DNA from: a virus
Lineage: Duplodnaviria > Heunggongvirae > Uroviricota > Caudoviricetes
Length of the DNA: 64,000 bases
Strand: one strand, 5' to 3'
Virus record (IMG/VR): IMGVR_UViG_3300028920_001945
Span: 1 to 64,000 of that record
Shown here piece after piece: positions 48,732 through 59,177 of the stretch (positions within the stretch are counted from its first letter, which is position 1; each line of letters starts with the position of its first letter). A program made the position numbers and the translations under genes. The notes beneath the pieces are model-generated. The model did not search any database, was not told the DNA's origin, and was given only the letters and a program-made list of their open reading frames with translations.

Positions 48732-49924
48732 TGAGAGTATTCAAGAAAATATCAACTCCTTTTGTAGATTCAAGACCTGATAAAGCTATTATAGTAGTGA
48801 ATGGAATAGACCCACAAGTAAATACTATAAAGGCTTTTATACAGGCGTGTGACGATTATAAGATCAGTTATACAGTTTTTGTTAATAAGACAGATTGTTT
48901 AGAGGATGAAAAGTATACAGTTGGTTATATTAAGCAATCTCTAAATTTAAAAGATATTCAGTTTGGCTCTGCTAAAACTGGAAAGGGATTCAAAAAATTA
49001 GCAACATATCTAGACCTGTGGTTTGGTAAGAGAATTATAGTTTTGGGTGTATTTAATTCTGGAAAGACATCTTTAATAAATAGATTAACAGGAGAAAACC
49101 TTAAGGTAGGAACAATACCTGGAACTACTCTAGAATTTACAGAAATACCTGTTAATGGAACAGTTAAGAATATAGGAAAAGAAAATGAGGAAAAGATAGA
49201 AACAGTCTTAATAGATTCTGTAGGTCAATTAATAGATATACATAAACCCATGATGGTATCTATAGATTTTAGTGGTTGTATAACCGGATATGAAAAAATA
49301 AATAAAGTATTTGAAGAAGAAATATTGGGATTAGTTGAAACTCAAGAAAGAGTTAAGAATGATATATTTACAGTAGTTAAGGTTATTAAGCAAGCTTTAT
49401 CAGAAGGTAATAAAATTATAATTACAGGAGCTGGAGCATCAGCTTTAGTAGCTAAAGAGATGGCTGGGCAAGGAACAGAATGTGGTTTACCAATTTTGGT
49501 ATTTACTAATGATGGAGCTGAATTACAACCTGTAACATTCTCAAAGGGTCTAGGAGAACAAGAAGGTGGTTTATCTAAATATATAGCTAATGCAATTAAT
49601 CCAGGAGATATAGTTATAGGAATTAGTGCATCAGGTGGTACTGGATTTGTATTTGATACCTTAAGAAGAGGTAGAGAAAAGAAAGCAATTCCCATAGCTA
49701 TAACAGAGAATTCTGATACACCTTTAGGACATGCAGCTCTATATATAATAAAAAGTGAAGCTAAACCAGAAGGACCCAGTAGTTCCAAAATACAAACAGC
49801 CCATTTGGTTATAGGCCATGCCTTAATATTAACACTAGCAGATGAACTAGGAGTATCAGCTGATGAATCAGTTGGATATATGTTACCAGAAATATTAGAA
49901 AATAAAAAAATGGGAATTAAATAA
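48731..49924 (+). CDS. circularly permuted GTPase fused to SIS (sugar isomerase) domain
   Basis: The order G4 VNKTD, then G5 SAKTG, then G1 GVFNSGKTSLINRL, then G2 GTT, then G3 DSVG is the cpGTPase topology (YlqF/YqeH-like). The C-terminal half has SIS motifs IIITGAGAS...VIGISASGGTG. Confidence 0.6.
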   Translation: MRVFKKISTPFVDSRPDKAIIVVNGIDPQVNTIKAFIQACDDYKISYTVFVNKTDCLEDEKYTVGYIKQSLNLKDIQFGSAKTGKGFKKLATYLDLWFGKRIIVLGVFNSGKTSLINRLTGENLKVGTIPGTTLEFTEIPVNGTVKNIGKENEEKIETVLIDSVGQLIDIHKPMMVSIDFSGCITGYEKINKVFEEEILGLVETQERVKNDIFTVVKVIKQALSEGNKIIITGAGASALVAKEMAGQGTECGLPILVFTNDGAELQPVTFSKGLGEQEGGLSKYIANAINPGDIVIGISASGGTGFVFDTLRRGREKKAIPIAITENSDTPLGHAALYIIKSEAKPEGPSSSKIQTAHLVIGHALILTLADELGVSADESVGYMLPEILENKKMGIK

Positions 49925-50283
49925 TGACAGAATATTCTATAGAAGAACATAAATGGGAAATAAAGGGAATACCAGATGAAGATGGTATATTATTTAAGAT
50001 GTACCTTTCAGATATAGGAGAAATTGGAAGAGCACGAGTAGTTAAAATATTTAATGATACTCGACAACAATATTATGCTCTCTTAGAGGATTTAATATTA
50101 GAAGAAGAATATAGAGGTATAGGATTTGGATATATGTTTGTAAAACAGATTATTCAAGAAGTGGAAAAAGAAGGATGCTATAAGTTTATAGCTACATCCA
50201 GATTCGGTAGAGATATGATACATAAATTTTATATGGATTTAGGTTTTAAAGAGTGGGGCTACGAATTTAGAATTGATTTATGA
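49924..50283 (+). CDS. GNAT-family N-acetyltransferase
   Basis: EEYRGIGFGYMFVKQ acetyl-CoA motif A. 119 aa. Confidence 0.55.
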   Translation: MTEYSIEEHKWEIKGIPDEDGILFKMYLSDIGEIGRARVVKIFNDTRQQYYALLEDLILEEEYRGIGFGYMFVKQIIQEVEKEGCYKFIATSRFGRDMIHKFYMDLGFKEWGYEFRIDL

Positions 50284-51179
50284 ATATAGGATATTTTAAT
50301 GCTAGAGGCATAAATGATGTTGAACATTGGTTTGCTTTAGAAATAGAAGAATTACTTAGAAGAAAACATAATGTTGTAAATTTTTCATTTAGAGGACAAC
50401 AACCAAATAGAGAGCATATCCAGTGGATGGATTTTGCTCATTTTCATTTTGCTCAAGTAGCAGACCACTATAAGAGAATTGGAGTTCCATTTGCTATAAG
50501 TCCTCACGCTAATGATATATTTGTGGATAATGGAGCTACTCTTATAAAGGCTAGCAAACATCCCAAATGTAAATTTGTAACATACCAATCATTTTATCAT
50601 AAGAGAAAATTTGAGGAATGGGGAATAACTAAACCTCTAGTATATTTACCAATGTGTTGTAGAGTAAATTTATTCAAGAGAGAACATCCCACATTACATT
50701 TAACAGGAGATAAAATAATAGCGGGTGGAAGATTAATACCTAAAAAGGGATTAGATAGATTATCTTCAGTAGATAATTTAGTTATATTTGGTACTGGTCC
50801 ATTAGAGGATGAATTAAAGGAGAAATTACCTAAGGCTGAATTTGTTGGATGGCAGAGTGGTGATGTATTAAAATATACATATTCAAGAGGATGGATATTT
50901 TTAAATCCTAGTATAGTTACTGGAGATGGAGATTCAGATGGTATTCCTAACACCATTAAAGAAGCTATGCTTATGGAGATGCAAGTAATATCAAGTCCAG
51001 TAGCTGGTATACCTGAATTAGAACAGGTAACATTATTTGATGATTGGGATAATATAAATGAATGTATAGAGACTATACCTAGAATTCCTAACAAGAAGGG
51101 AAGGAAGGAGATATTAAATACCTATAGTCCTAGATCATGTGTAGATAGATTATTAAAGGCAATAGAGGAATATAATTGA
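50280..51179 (+). CDS. glycosyltransferase (GT-B, group 1-like)
   Basis: GGRLIPKKGLDRL and an EAMLMEMQVISSPVAGIPE region. Confidence 0.6.
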   Translation: MNIGYFNARGINDVEHWFALEIEELLRRKHNVVNFSFRGQQPNREHIQWMDFAHFHFAQVADHYKRIGVPFAISPHANDIFVDNGATLIKASKHPKCKFVTYQSFYHKRKFEEWGITKPLVYLPMCCRVNLFKREHPTLHLTGDKIIAGGRLIPKKGLDRLSSVDNLVIFGTGPLEDELKEKLPKAEFVGWQSGDVLKYTYSRGWIFLNPSIVTGDGDSDGIPNTIKEAMLMEMQVISSPVAGIPELEQVTLFDDWDNINECIETIPRIPNKKGRKEILNTYSPRSCVDRLLKAIEEYN

Positions 51180-51883
51180 TAGATGCTATAATTTTAGCTG
51201 CAGGAAAAGGCACAAGATTAATGCCCATAACTCAAGATAAACCAAAAGCTATGGTGGAAGTTAAAGGTAAACCTATAATAAGTTGGATCCTAGATGTATT
51301 AAAACAAATACAAATAAAGAAAGTATTTATAATAACAGGATATAGAGAAGGAACTCTAAAATCGTATATAAAATATAATTATAAGGATATGGATATAAAT
51401 TTCCTTCATCAAAAAGAATTAACTGGTACTGCAGATGCAATAGCATTAGCAGAAGGTTATATTGGAAATAACTTTTTAGTATTATCCGGAGATACTATAT
51501 ATAAACCAGAAGAACTCATGAAATTAATGGAATGGGAAAATTCTCTTTTATATACAGAACAAAATACTAGATTATATGAATATGGGACCATAGATCTAAA
51601 TACCAATAAATTACCAGAAGAAGGATTTTATTTGAAATTCATAAATGAAAAAACAACTAGACCAACAACTAATAATATTAATTGTGGAGTATATCACTTT
51701 AATAGAGAAGTTTTTAGATATATAAGAGATACAGAATATGATGGGAGATTCAGTGAAAAGATTATAACTAATACAATAAATATGATGATAGATGATGGTA
51801 TTGACTTTAGAGGTTTTTATGTTAAGGAATTAAATGAAATATCCAGACCAGAGGATATAGAGAATATAGAGAATAGATTATGA
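51176..51883 (+). CDS. sugar-phosphate nucleotidyltransferase (HddC/GlmU-like)
   Basis: AIILAAGKGTRLMPIT signature. Confidence 0.8.
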   Translation: MIDAIILAAGKGTRLMPITQDKPKAMVEVKGKPIISWILDVLKQIQIKKVFIITGYREGTLKSYIKYNYKDMDINFLHQKELTGTADAIALAEGYIGNNFLVLSGDTIYKPEELMKLMEWENSLLYTEQNTRLYEYGTIDLNTNKLPEEGFYLKFINEKTTRPTTNNINCGVYHFNREVFRYIRDTEYDGRFSEKIITNTINMMIDDGIDFRGFYVKELNEISRPEDIENIENRL

Positions 51884-53124
51884 AAATACTATTGTCTACC
51901 TTACCAAATGAAGGACAATATATAAGTTGGTTAACTAACCCAACATTTAGAGTGGAAGTTAATAAATATATGCCTCTAGGTATATTATCATTAGCAACAA
52001 ACCTCCCACAAGAACACGATATTAAAGTTATAGATCCAGCTAGTGAGGATTGGTCTATAGATAAAACAATTTCGATTATAGAAAATGAAGAGCCTGATAT
52101 ATTAGGAATATCTGCAGTAACAAGACGTGTATATGCATTAAAGGAGATTCTTTCTAGGATAAATGTTCCATATATTACAGTAGGAGGACCACATGCAACT
52201 CATTATTCAGAGCAAATATTAGAATATGGTGCTGATGCAGTATTTGTTGGACCATTAGCTGATAATGAATTTAGATACAATTTGAATAAAAAAGCTAGAG
52301 GTATAATATATTGTAAGACTGGTATAAATGAAATTAAATTCCCAAATAGAGAATTTTTAGAAGTAAATAAATATTTTCCAAAGGCACATAAACTATTTGT
52401 AGCTGATAATCGTCTTCCTATGTTTTCTAGTATAGGATGTCCAAATAAATGTCTTTTTTGTAATGTACAAACTAAGAAAATACAGTTAAAAAATTCAAAT
52501 ATAATACTAGATGAAATGGAATATTTAAAATCATTAAATTGTAATAGTGTTCATATGTTGGATGATAATTTCAATGTAAGTAAAAAACATTTAAATAGCA
52601 TCATTAAGGAATTTAAAGAAAGAGACTTTAATATAGAATGGAGTGGTAGAGGTCAAGTTAAAATGGATCTATCTATGTTATCTAAATTAAAGGAAGTTGG
52701 TTTTAAAAGAATGCATGTTGGTATAGAAGCCCTAGATGATAATATATTAAAATACTTTAATAAAAATCAAACAGTTAATGATATAGAAAATTTTTGTAGA
52801 GAGATGACAAATTTAGATTTGGATATTATAGGATACTTTATATTTGGAAGTCCAGTAGAAACAAAAGAATATAGAAAGAATGTTATCAAGAAAATAAGAG
52901 ATTTAAATATAAATAAAGTTCTTTGTCATGTATTATTTCCTCAACCAAATACTGGATATTATTTTGAATTATTAAATAAGGGTACATTCAAGGAAGATTA
53001 TTGGAAAAAATATATGGAAGGTCCCACTCCAAATTATGAGTTGCCATACCCGTTTGGGGAAGAATATAAAAATGAGATATGGAATTTTATGGAAGATTTG
53101 AAAAAGGAATTTAAATATATATAA
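51880..53124 (+). CDS. B12-binding radical SAM enzyme (class B, methyltransferase-like)
   Basis: N-terminal cobalamin-binding-like domain, then CPNKCLFC (Cx3Cx2C). 414 aa. Confidence 0.75.
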   Translation: MKILLSTLPNEGQYISWLTNPTFRVEVNKYMPLGILSLATNLPQEHDIKVIDPASEDWSIDKTISIIENEEPDILGISAVTRRVYALKEILSRINVPYITVGGPHATHYSEQILEYGADAVFVGPLADNEFRYNLNKKARGIIYCKTGINEIKFPNREFLEVNKYFPKAHKLFVADNRLPMFSSIGCPNKCLFCNVQTKKIQLKNSNIILDEMEYLKSLNCNSVHMLDDNFNVSKKHLNSIIKEFKERDFNIEWSGRGQVKMDLSMLSKLKEVGFKRMHVGIEALDDNILKYFNKNQTVNDIENFCREMTNLDLDIIGYFIFGSPVETKEYRKNVIKKIRDLNINKVLCHVLFPQPNTGYYFELLNKGTFKEDYWKKYMEGPTPNYELPYPFGEEYKNEIWNFMEDLKKEFKYI

Positions 53125-53136
53125 GAGGTAATTAAT

Positions 53137-54126
53137 ATGAAATGTGTAGTAACTGGTTGTTGTGGTTTTATTGGTAGTAACTTAGTTCAGACCTTATTAG
53201 ATGAAGGCCATGAAGTTGTAGGTATAGATAAGAACTATAGTCCATTAAGATTGCCTTATAATGAAAAAGCTTACAAGATACATGAAGGAGATTATAATAA
53301 GATAACAAAAAAATTTACTTTTATATGGGCTCCCTTACATGAGATACGAGTATTTAGTTATTTAATGGATAATACAGACATTGTATATCATTTAGCTGCC
53401 TATGTAACTATAAGAAATGAAGATATCCATGATAATATAAAGAATACTGTAGAAGGAACATTTGAATTACTAGACCTTATTGTAAGTAGAGAAATTCCCA
53501 GACTTGTATTTGCATCAACTTCTTCAATATATGGAGAAGATGCAGTTGGTTTTATAGATGAAGATTCTATAACCTTAAAACCAATTTCCCATTATGCATC
53601 AGGAAAAATAGCTAATGAAGCTTACATTAATAGTTATGCTTATCATAATAACTTTAGAGCTTGGATCTTTAGATTTGCAAATGTAACGGGTAAGAATCAG
53701 AACAGAGGAGCAATCTGGGATTTTATACATCAATTAAAGGAAAATCCAGAAAAACTGACAGTATTAGGAAATGGTAAACAAAGAAAATCATTTTTTGATG
53801 TAGATGATTGTGTAAGAGGACTAATAGATATACCTAAGAAAGATAAGAATTTAAATGTAGAAGTATACAATCTAGGTAACGATCAGATAATAACCGTTGG
53901 AGAAATAGCTAAATTAGTTTGTGAAGAAGTTGGAGTAGATGCAAAAATAAAGTATTCAGGTGGAGATAGAGGTTGGGTGGGAGATACACCTAATACTGAG
54001 ATATCCATAACTAAAGCATTAAATACAGGATGGTGTCCTAAATATACTTGTGAAGAATCTGTTAGGAGGACCGCAAAATGGATGCTTACAAATTGGAATG
54101 CCCTGAGTGTGGAAGAGAACTCTTAG
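53137..54126 (+). CDS. NAD-dependent sugar epimerase/dehydratase
   Basis: VVTGCCGFIGSNL and YASGK catalytic motif. Confidence 0.85.
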   Translation: MKCVVTGCCGFIGSNLVQTLLDEGHEVVGIDKNYSPLRLPYNEKAYKIHEGDYNKITKKFTFIWAPLHEIRVFSYLMDNTDIVYHLAAYVTIRNEDIHDNIKNTVEGTFELLDLIVSREIPRLVFASTSSIYGEDAVGFIDEDSITLKPISHYASGKIANEAYINSYAYHNNFRAWIFRFANVTGKNQNRGAIWDFIHQLKENPEKLTVLGNGKQRKSFFDVDDCVRGLIDIPKKDKNLNVEVYNLGNDQIITVGEIAKLVCEEVGVDAKIKYSGGDRGWVGDTPNTEISITKALNTGWCPKYTCEESVRRTAKWMLTNWNALSVEENS

Positions 54127-54221
54127 GTGATTATGTGGAATTTCACCGAATTGGTTGGTATTGTAGTAACTGTAATATAAATATATATAAAGATATATAT
54201 GGAGATATTAGGGGATAAGAA

Positions 54222-55235
54222 ATGATAATAAGTAGAGCTCCTGTAAGAATCACTTTAGGTGGTGGAGGAACTGATTTACCATCCTTCTATGAAAAAGAGG
54301 AAGGATTCTTACTAGCAGGAACAATAAATAAATATGTTTTTATAAGTATAAATAAACAATTTAATAAGACTTATAAAATTAATTATTCTCATCAAGAAGA
54401 AGTAGAAAATGTTGAAGATATTAAACATAATCTGTTTAGAGAAGCATTAAAATTATATAATATAGAACCCGGTATAGAAATACATTCTATGGCTGATATT
54501 CCAAGTGGTAAAGGATTAGGTTCATCGGGAGCATTCTTGGTAGCATTATTAAACTCATTACATTTCTACAAATATGGTCATGAAGCTCATCCAAGACAAT
54601 TAGCTGAAGAAGCATCTAAAATTGAAATCGAAGTCCTTAAAGAACATGAGGGTAAACAAGACAAATACATATGTGCTTTTGGTGGAGTTAAGGGATTGAC
54701 ATTCCATAAGAATGGGGATGTATCGGTAGCTCCATTGATTAATGAAGATCGTATATTACATGAACTAGAAGATCATCTTATAATGTTCTCATTAGATAGA
54801 TCTAGAAAGGGTAAAGCATCCGATACTCTAAAAAATTTAGATGATAAATTAATAGAGAGAGACGTGGATTATATAGAAAATATGAAGAAAATAAAAGAAA
54901 TTGGTCTAGAGTCTAAAAAAGCATTAGAAGATTATGATTTTGATAGATTTGGTCTATTAATGGACCATCATTGGGCTTGGAAAAAATTGTGGCATCAAGA
55001 TACAACAAATTCTAAAATAGATGAGATGTATGAATATGCTAAAGAATTAGGAGCATTTGGAGGTAAAACAATAGGAGCTCCAGGTGGAGGCTTTATGATA
55101 TTCTATCATCCAAGTATAGATAAGGGAAGATGGGAATTCATAAGAAAAATGAAAGAAAAATATAATATTAAACAAACTGAATTTAGATTTGTAGATGAGG
55201 GAGTTACTTTAGTTTGGGGAGAAAATGAAATCTGA
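54222..55235 (+). CDS. GHMP sugar kinase (D-glycero-D-manno-heptose 7-phosphate kinase HddA-like)
   Basis: GGGTDLPSFY N-terminal motif and PSGKGLGSSGA GHMP ATP motif. Confidence 0.75.
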   Translation: MIISRAPVRITLGGGGTDLPSFYEKEEGFLLAGTINKYVFISINKQFNKTYKINYSHQEEVENVEDIKHNLFREALKLYNIEPGIEIHSMADIPSGKGLGSSGAFLVALLNSLHFYKYGHEAHPRQLAEEASKIEIEVLKEHEGKQDKYICAFGGVKGLTFHKNGDVSVAPLINEDRILHELEDHLIMFSLDRSRKGKASDTLKNLDDKLIERDVDYIENMKKIKEIGLESKKALEDYDFDRFGLLMDHHWAWKKLWHQDTTNSKIDEMYEYAKELGAFGGKTIGAPGGGFMIFYHPSIDKGRWEFIRKMKEKYNIKQTEFRFVDEGVTLVWGENEI

Positions 55236-55791
55236 ATTTGAGAAGTTTCACGATGCATTAGACTTAGTGCAATATGAGCAATTTGGAGAGTTAATGAATA
55301 TTATTGATGCTCTAGATGAGCTCAGAGAAAACAATGGAACTATCTATATATGTGGTAATGGAGGCTCAGCTAGCATAGCTACCCACATAGCTTGTGATTT
55401 AGCTAAGATAGCTGGAATAAATGCTATCAGCCTTTGTACAAACATACCCTTAATAACTGCTATAACTAATGATGAGGGGTTTGATTACATATTTGAAGAT
55501 CAACTAAGGGGTATGGAATATGGAGATTTACTTATGGTTATAAGTGTACATGGAACTATACCTAGAGATGATTATGAAGTATGGTCACAAAATCTAGTTA
55601 GAGCTGTGGATTATACAAGAAATTATGGAAATAAAGCTATATCCCTAACAGGATTTGATGGTGGTATGTTAAAGGATATAACAGATTATAATATTAATAT
55701 CAATATAGAATCTACACCAATAGTGGAATCGATGCATTCAATTATAGGACATATTATAGCATTTAACTTAAAGGAGGTTGATAGAGAATGA
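55225..55791 (+). CDS. gmhA: sedoheptulose-7-phosphate isomerase (GmhA, SIS domain)
   Basis: ICGNGGSASIATHIACDL signature. 188 aa. Confidence 0.85.
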   Translation: MKSEFEKFHDALDLVQYEQFGELMNIIDALDELRENNGTIYICGNGGSASIATHIACDLAKIAGINAISLCTNIPLITAITNDEGFDYIFEDQLRGMEYGDLLMVISVHGTIPRDDYEVWSQNLVRAVDYTRNYGNKAISLTGFDGGMLKDITDYNININIESTPIVESMHSIIGHIIAFNLKEVDRE

Positions 55792-56456
55792 CTGAATTAT
55801 ATATAGACTCAGCTAATTTAGATGAGATAAAGATAGTAAATGATTTAGAAATCATAACTGGAGTGACAACAAATCAAAAGATATTCTCCAGAGAAAAAGG
55901 AATAGACTTTGAGGCTCATTGTAAACAAATATTAGAAATGGTAGATCCCTATCCAGTTAGTTTAGAGGGTCCTAATGATGCTAGTGATTTACTTATAAAA
56001 GCAGAAGAATATAATGATTGGGGAGACAATGTTGTAATTAAGGTACCAATGTTACCTAGATTTGATAGTATATGGGTATTAAAGGAATTGGATAATAAAG
56101 GAATATATACCAATGCAACTACATGTATGGACCTCAATCAAGTGTTTTTAGCAAGTGAGGCTAGAGCAAATTTTGTCAGTTTATTCTATTGTAGAATGAA
56201 GGATGCTTGGGGTGGTGAATATGCTAGAAGTACAATAGAGAAGGCAATGGAATTATTGGATGGTAGTGACACCCAATTAATAATTGGAAGTATAAGACAT
56301 CCAGATGATGTTCATGAATTATTAGGATTACAACCCGATATAATAACAGTACCATATCAGATTATGAGTAATATGTGTACTAATAAAGTAACTGAGGAAG
56401 TATTAAGAGACTTTGATAAAGCCTGGGGAGAATTTAAGAAACATGAAAGGATGTAA
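55788..56456 (+). CDS. transaldolase/fructose-6-phosphate aldolase (TalC/FSA-type, about 220 aa)
   Basis: MTELYIDSANLDEIK, GVTTNQ and VVIKVP Schiff-base Lys region. Confidence 0.85.
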   Translation: MTELYIDSANLDEIKIVNDLEIITGVTTNQKIFSREKGIDFEAHCKQILEMVDPYPVSLEGPNDASDLLIKAEEYNDWGDNVVIKVPMLPRFDSIWVLKELDNKGIYTNATTCMDLNQVFLASEARANFVSLFYCRMKDAWGGEYARSTIEKAMELLDGSDTQLIIGSIRHPDDVHELLGLQPDIITVPYQIMSNMCTNKVTEEVLRDFDKAWGEFKKHERM

Positions 56457-56817
56457 GATGTGTGAAATATTAAGAAAAGAAAAGGATGAGTTCTTATATG
56501 ATGATAGTGAAATAGCCATAGTTAGAACTAAATTAATGAAGGGTCACCATAAAAGAGTTATGGTTATATCTAAAGAGCACATAAAGGAATTAAATCCCCA
56601 TACAGAAAGGGACTATCTACATATATTCATAAAATTCTGTCAAGAATATTTTAATGAAGAGCCAACTTTTTGTTTAAATGATCCGACATATGCAACCTAT
56701 CCAGAACATTGGCATAGAGTAGCATGTGACTGGATAACTGATGATCCAAGAGAAATGAGACAATTACATTATACACCACATAAATCAATAAGGACAAAAG
56801 TAACATGGAGCCCATAA
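56413..56817 (+). CDS. HIT-like protein
   Basis: CKMCEI...FLYDDSEIAIVRTKL...VMVISKEHI matches the HIT N-terminal fold pattern. The histidine triad is degenerate (EHWHRV). Confidence 0.5.
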   Translation: MIKPGENLRNMKGCKMCEILRKEKDEFLYDDSEIAIVRTKLMKGHHKRVMVISKEHIKELNPHTERDYLHIFIKFCQEYFNEEPTFCLNDPTYATYPEHWHRVACDWITDDPREMRQLHYTPHKSIRTKVTWSP

Positions 56818-57134
56818 AATTAGATAGAAGTAGAAAATATTGGGTATTTGATATAGATGGTACCCTATGTAGTACAAATGGAAGTAGTTATGAAGAGTGT
56901 GAACCAGATATAGCTATGATCACTCTAGTTAATATGTTATATGATAAAGGAGATTACATTACTCTTTATACAGCTAGAGGTTCAACTAGTGGTATAGATT
57001 GGTACGATTTTACTGAAAATCAATTAAAGGGTTGGGGAGTCAAATATCATAGATTAATGTTAGGAAAGCCATTCGGAGATGTATTTGTTGATGATATGGC
57101 TATAAGACCAGATGAATTTCTAGATACAATATGA
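56805..57134 (+). CDS. HAD-superfamily phosphatase (GmhB-like, short)
   Basis: VFDIDGTLC motif I. 109 aa. Confidence 0.6.
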   Translation: MEPIKLDRSRKYWVFDIDGTLCSTNGSSYEECEPDIAMITLVNMLYDKGDYITLYTARGSTSGIDWYDFTENQLKGWGVKYHRLMLGKPFGDVFVDDMAIRPDEFLDTI

Positions 57135-58159
57135 ATAAGAGAGAAACTAAAATTATAGAAGAATCCTTAGATAAACTTAAGGATCTTAATGTTCTAGTCG
57201 TAGGGGAATTAATAGTAGATAAATACTGCTATGGTAAATATCTAGGAAAAATGAGAAGAAAATCCATAATGGAATTTATGGAATATGAAGATAAATATTT
57301 CTTGGGTGGAGCTGGAATAGTTGCTAATCATATAGTAGATTTTGTTAATAGTGTTAGTCTTCTTAGTTTAATAGGAGATAATAATAACTATATGGAAATT
57401 ATAGAAGAATATTTAGATGAGAGAATAAATCCCTTATTATTACATAAAGATGATTCAGATACTCCTATCAAAAAACGATTTATAGATAAAGAAGAATTTA
57501 TAACTTTATTTAAGAGTTCTAATATTAATGATAAACCCATAAATAAAAAATTATCAAAAAATATATCGGATTTTATAAATGGTGTTGCAGATAAGTATGA
57601 TCTAATAATAGTTATGGATTATGGACTAGGAATGATGAGTCCAGAAATAATTAATAGTCTAGAAGAGAAATCTAAATTCTTAGCTGTTAATACTCAAATT
57701 AATGTTGAGAATAGAGGATACAATACAATAGATAAATATAATAAAATGGATTATGCCTGTATTAATGAGGATGAATTAAGATTAGTTTGTAAGGAGAAAT
57801 ATGGAGATGTTAAGGTATTAGTTAATAAGCTAATAACCTTAATAGATACTAATTATATTTCTGTAACTAGAGGACCATACGGTTCTGTGGTCTCTTCTAA
57901 TGGAGATTATGAAGAGATAGAGGCATATGCTAATGATAGAAGATATGTAGTGGATACCATGGGATCAGGAGATTGTTATTTTGCAATATCAGCTTTATTT
58001 GCATGCATAGGATGTTATAGTAGGATAGTGGGATTAACAGGAAATATTGCTGGAGCGATACATTCCAATGTAGAGGGAAATACTCCATCAGTTAATCTAA
58101 AAACATTTAAAGAAAAAATAGGAGAAATTACAGATGATCGATTCATATTCTTTAGATAA
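57131..58159 (+). CDS. PfkB-family carbohydrate kinase (RfaE domain-I-like)
   Basis: N-terminal VLVVGELIVDKY and DTMGSGDCYF anion-hole motif. Confidence 0.75.
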   Translation: MNKRETKIIEESLDKLKDLNVLVVGELIVDKYCYGKYLGKMRRKSIMEFMEYEDKYFLGGAGIVANHIVDFVNSVSLLSLIGDNNNYMEIIEEYLDERINPLLLHKDDSDTPIKKRFIDKEEFITLFKSSNINDKPINKKLSKNISDFINGVADKYDLIIVMDYGLGMMSPEIINSLEEKSKFLAVNTQINVENRGYNTIDKYNKMDYACINEDELRLVCKEKYGDVKVLVNKLITLIDTNYISVTRGPYGSVVSSNGDYEEIEAYANDRRYVVDTMGSGDCYFAISALFACIGCYSRIVGLTGNIAGAIHSNVEGNTPSVNLKTFKEKIGEITDDRFIFFR

Positions 58160-59177
58160 TCATAAGTTAATGTATCATCCAGAACGAGTACATAAATGGA
58201 TGAATGGAGACACAATCTATCCCATATTTGCAGAGATCTCTCTTACAAGTAGATGTAATAATAGATGTCTTTTCTGTGCATATAACTTTTTCTTAAAATA
58301 CAAATCCATAGATATAAATACGGAAACAGTAAAGAAGACCCTAGATAGTATGGCAAATTGTGGAGTTAAATCAGTTATGTTTGGTGGAGAAGGAGAACCT
58401 CTCTTACATAAAGATGTAGCTGATTTAATTATATATGCAAAAAATCTAGGATTAGATGTAAGTTTAACTACAAATGGAGTATTATTAGATAGTATAACGG
58501 CTAAGAGGATATTACCTTACTTATCTTGGGTTAAGTTTAGTATAGATGCAGGAAGATCAGATGAATATGCTTATCTACATGGAACCATTAAAGAGAACTA
58601 TAAGAAAGTTTTAGATAATGTATCCAGGTCAAGCTTCTTAAATAGATTAAAGGAATATGATTGTACTATAGGAACTCAAGCTCTGTTATTTAAGGAGAAT
58701 ATAGATAATCTAGAAGAGCTTATTAAGTTTTTGGTATATGCTAAGCCAAATTATTTAGTAATAAAACCTTATTCAGAAAATGAGAATCAAAGTATAAAGA
58801 CTTTACATCAACCCACTAAAAGACAACTAAAGGACTTTAAGAAGATGTTAAAAAAATATGAAGATAAATTAAATATTATATTCAGAGAAAAAGCCTTTGG
58901 GAATATAGTAGATGACAAACCATATAATATCTGTTATGCCAATGAATTTATGGCATATATAAATACCCTGGGAGATGTTTATAGTTGTACTAACTTTCTA
59001 GGATTTGAAGAATATAGCTATGGAAATATATATAAAGATAGCTTTGAAAATATATGGAAGAACAAAAAGGAAATTAATATTGATATAAGTAAATGTAGAA
59101 AAGCATGTAGATTAGATCCAATAAATAGATATTTATGGCGACTAAAAAACCCACAAAACCACGACAATTTTATTTAA
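58134..59177 (+). CDS. radical SAM enzyme with SPASM/twitch C-terminal domain
   Basis: CNNRCLFC Cx3Cx2C motif, GGEGEPLL, and C-terminal Cys cluster. Confidence 0.8.
   Translation: MIDSYSLDNHKLMYHPERVHKWMNGDTIYPIFAEISLTSRCNNRCLFCAYNFFLKYKSIDINTETVKKTLDSMANCGVKSVMFGGEGEPLLHKDVADLIIYAKNLGLDVSLTTNGVLLDSITAKRILPYLSWVKFSIDAGRSDEYAYLHGTIKENYKKVLDNVSRSSFLNRLKEYDCTIGTQALLFKENIDNLEELIKFLVYAKPNYLVIKPYSENENQSIKTLHQPTKRQLKDFKKMLKKYEDKLNIIFREKAFGNIVDDKPYNICYANEFMAYINTLGDVYSCTNFLGFEEYSYGNIYKDSFENIWKNKKEINIDISKCRKACRLDPINRYLWRLKNPQNHDNFI

Noticed and set aside
49342-51094. Minus-strand ORFs of 202, 67 and 165 aa inside the cpGTPase-SIS and glycosyltransferase genes
   Set aside because: They lie fully within + strand genes that carry strong catalytic motifs. 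Antisense of GC-richer coding stretches gives open frames by chance.
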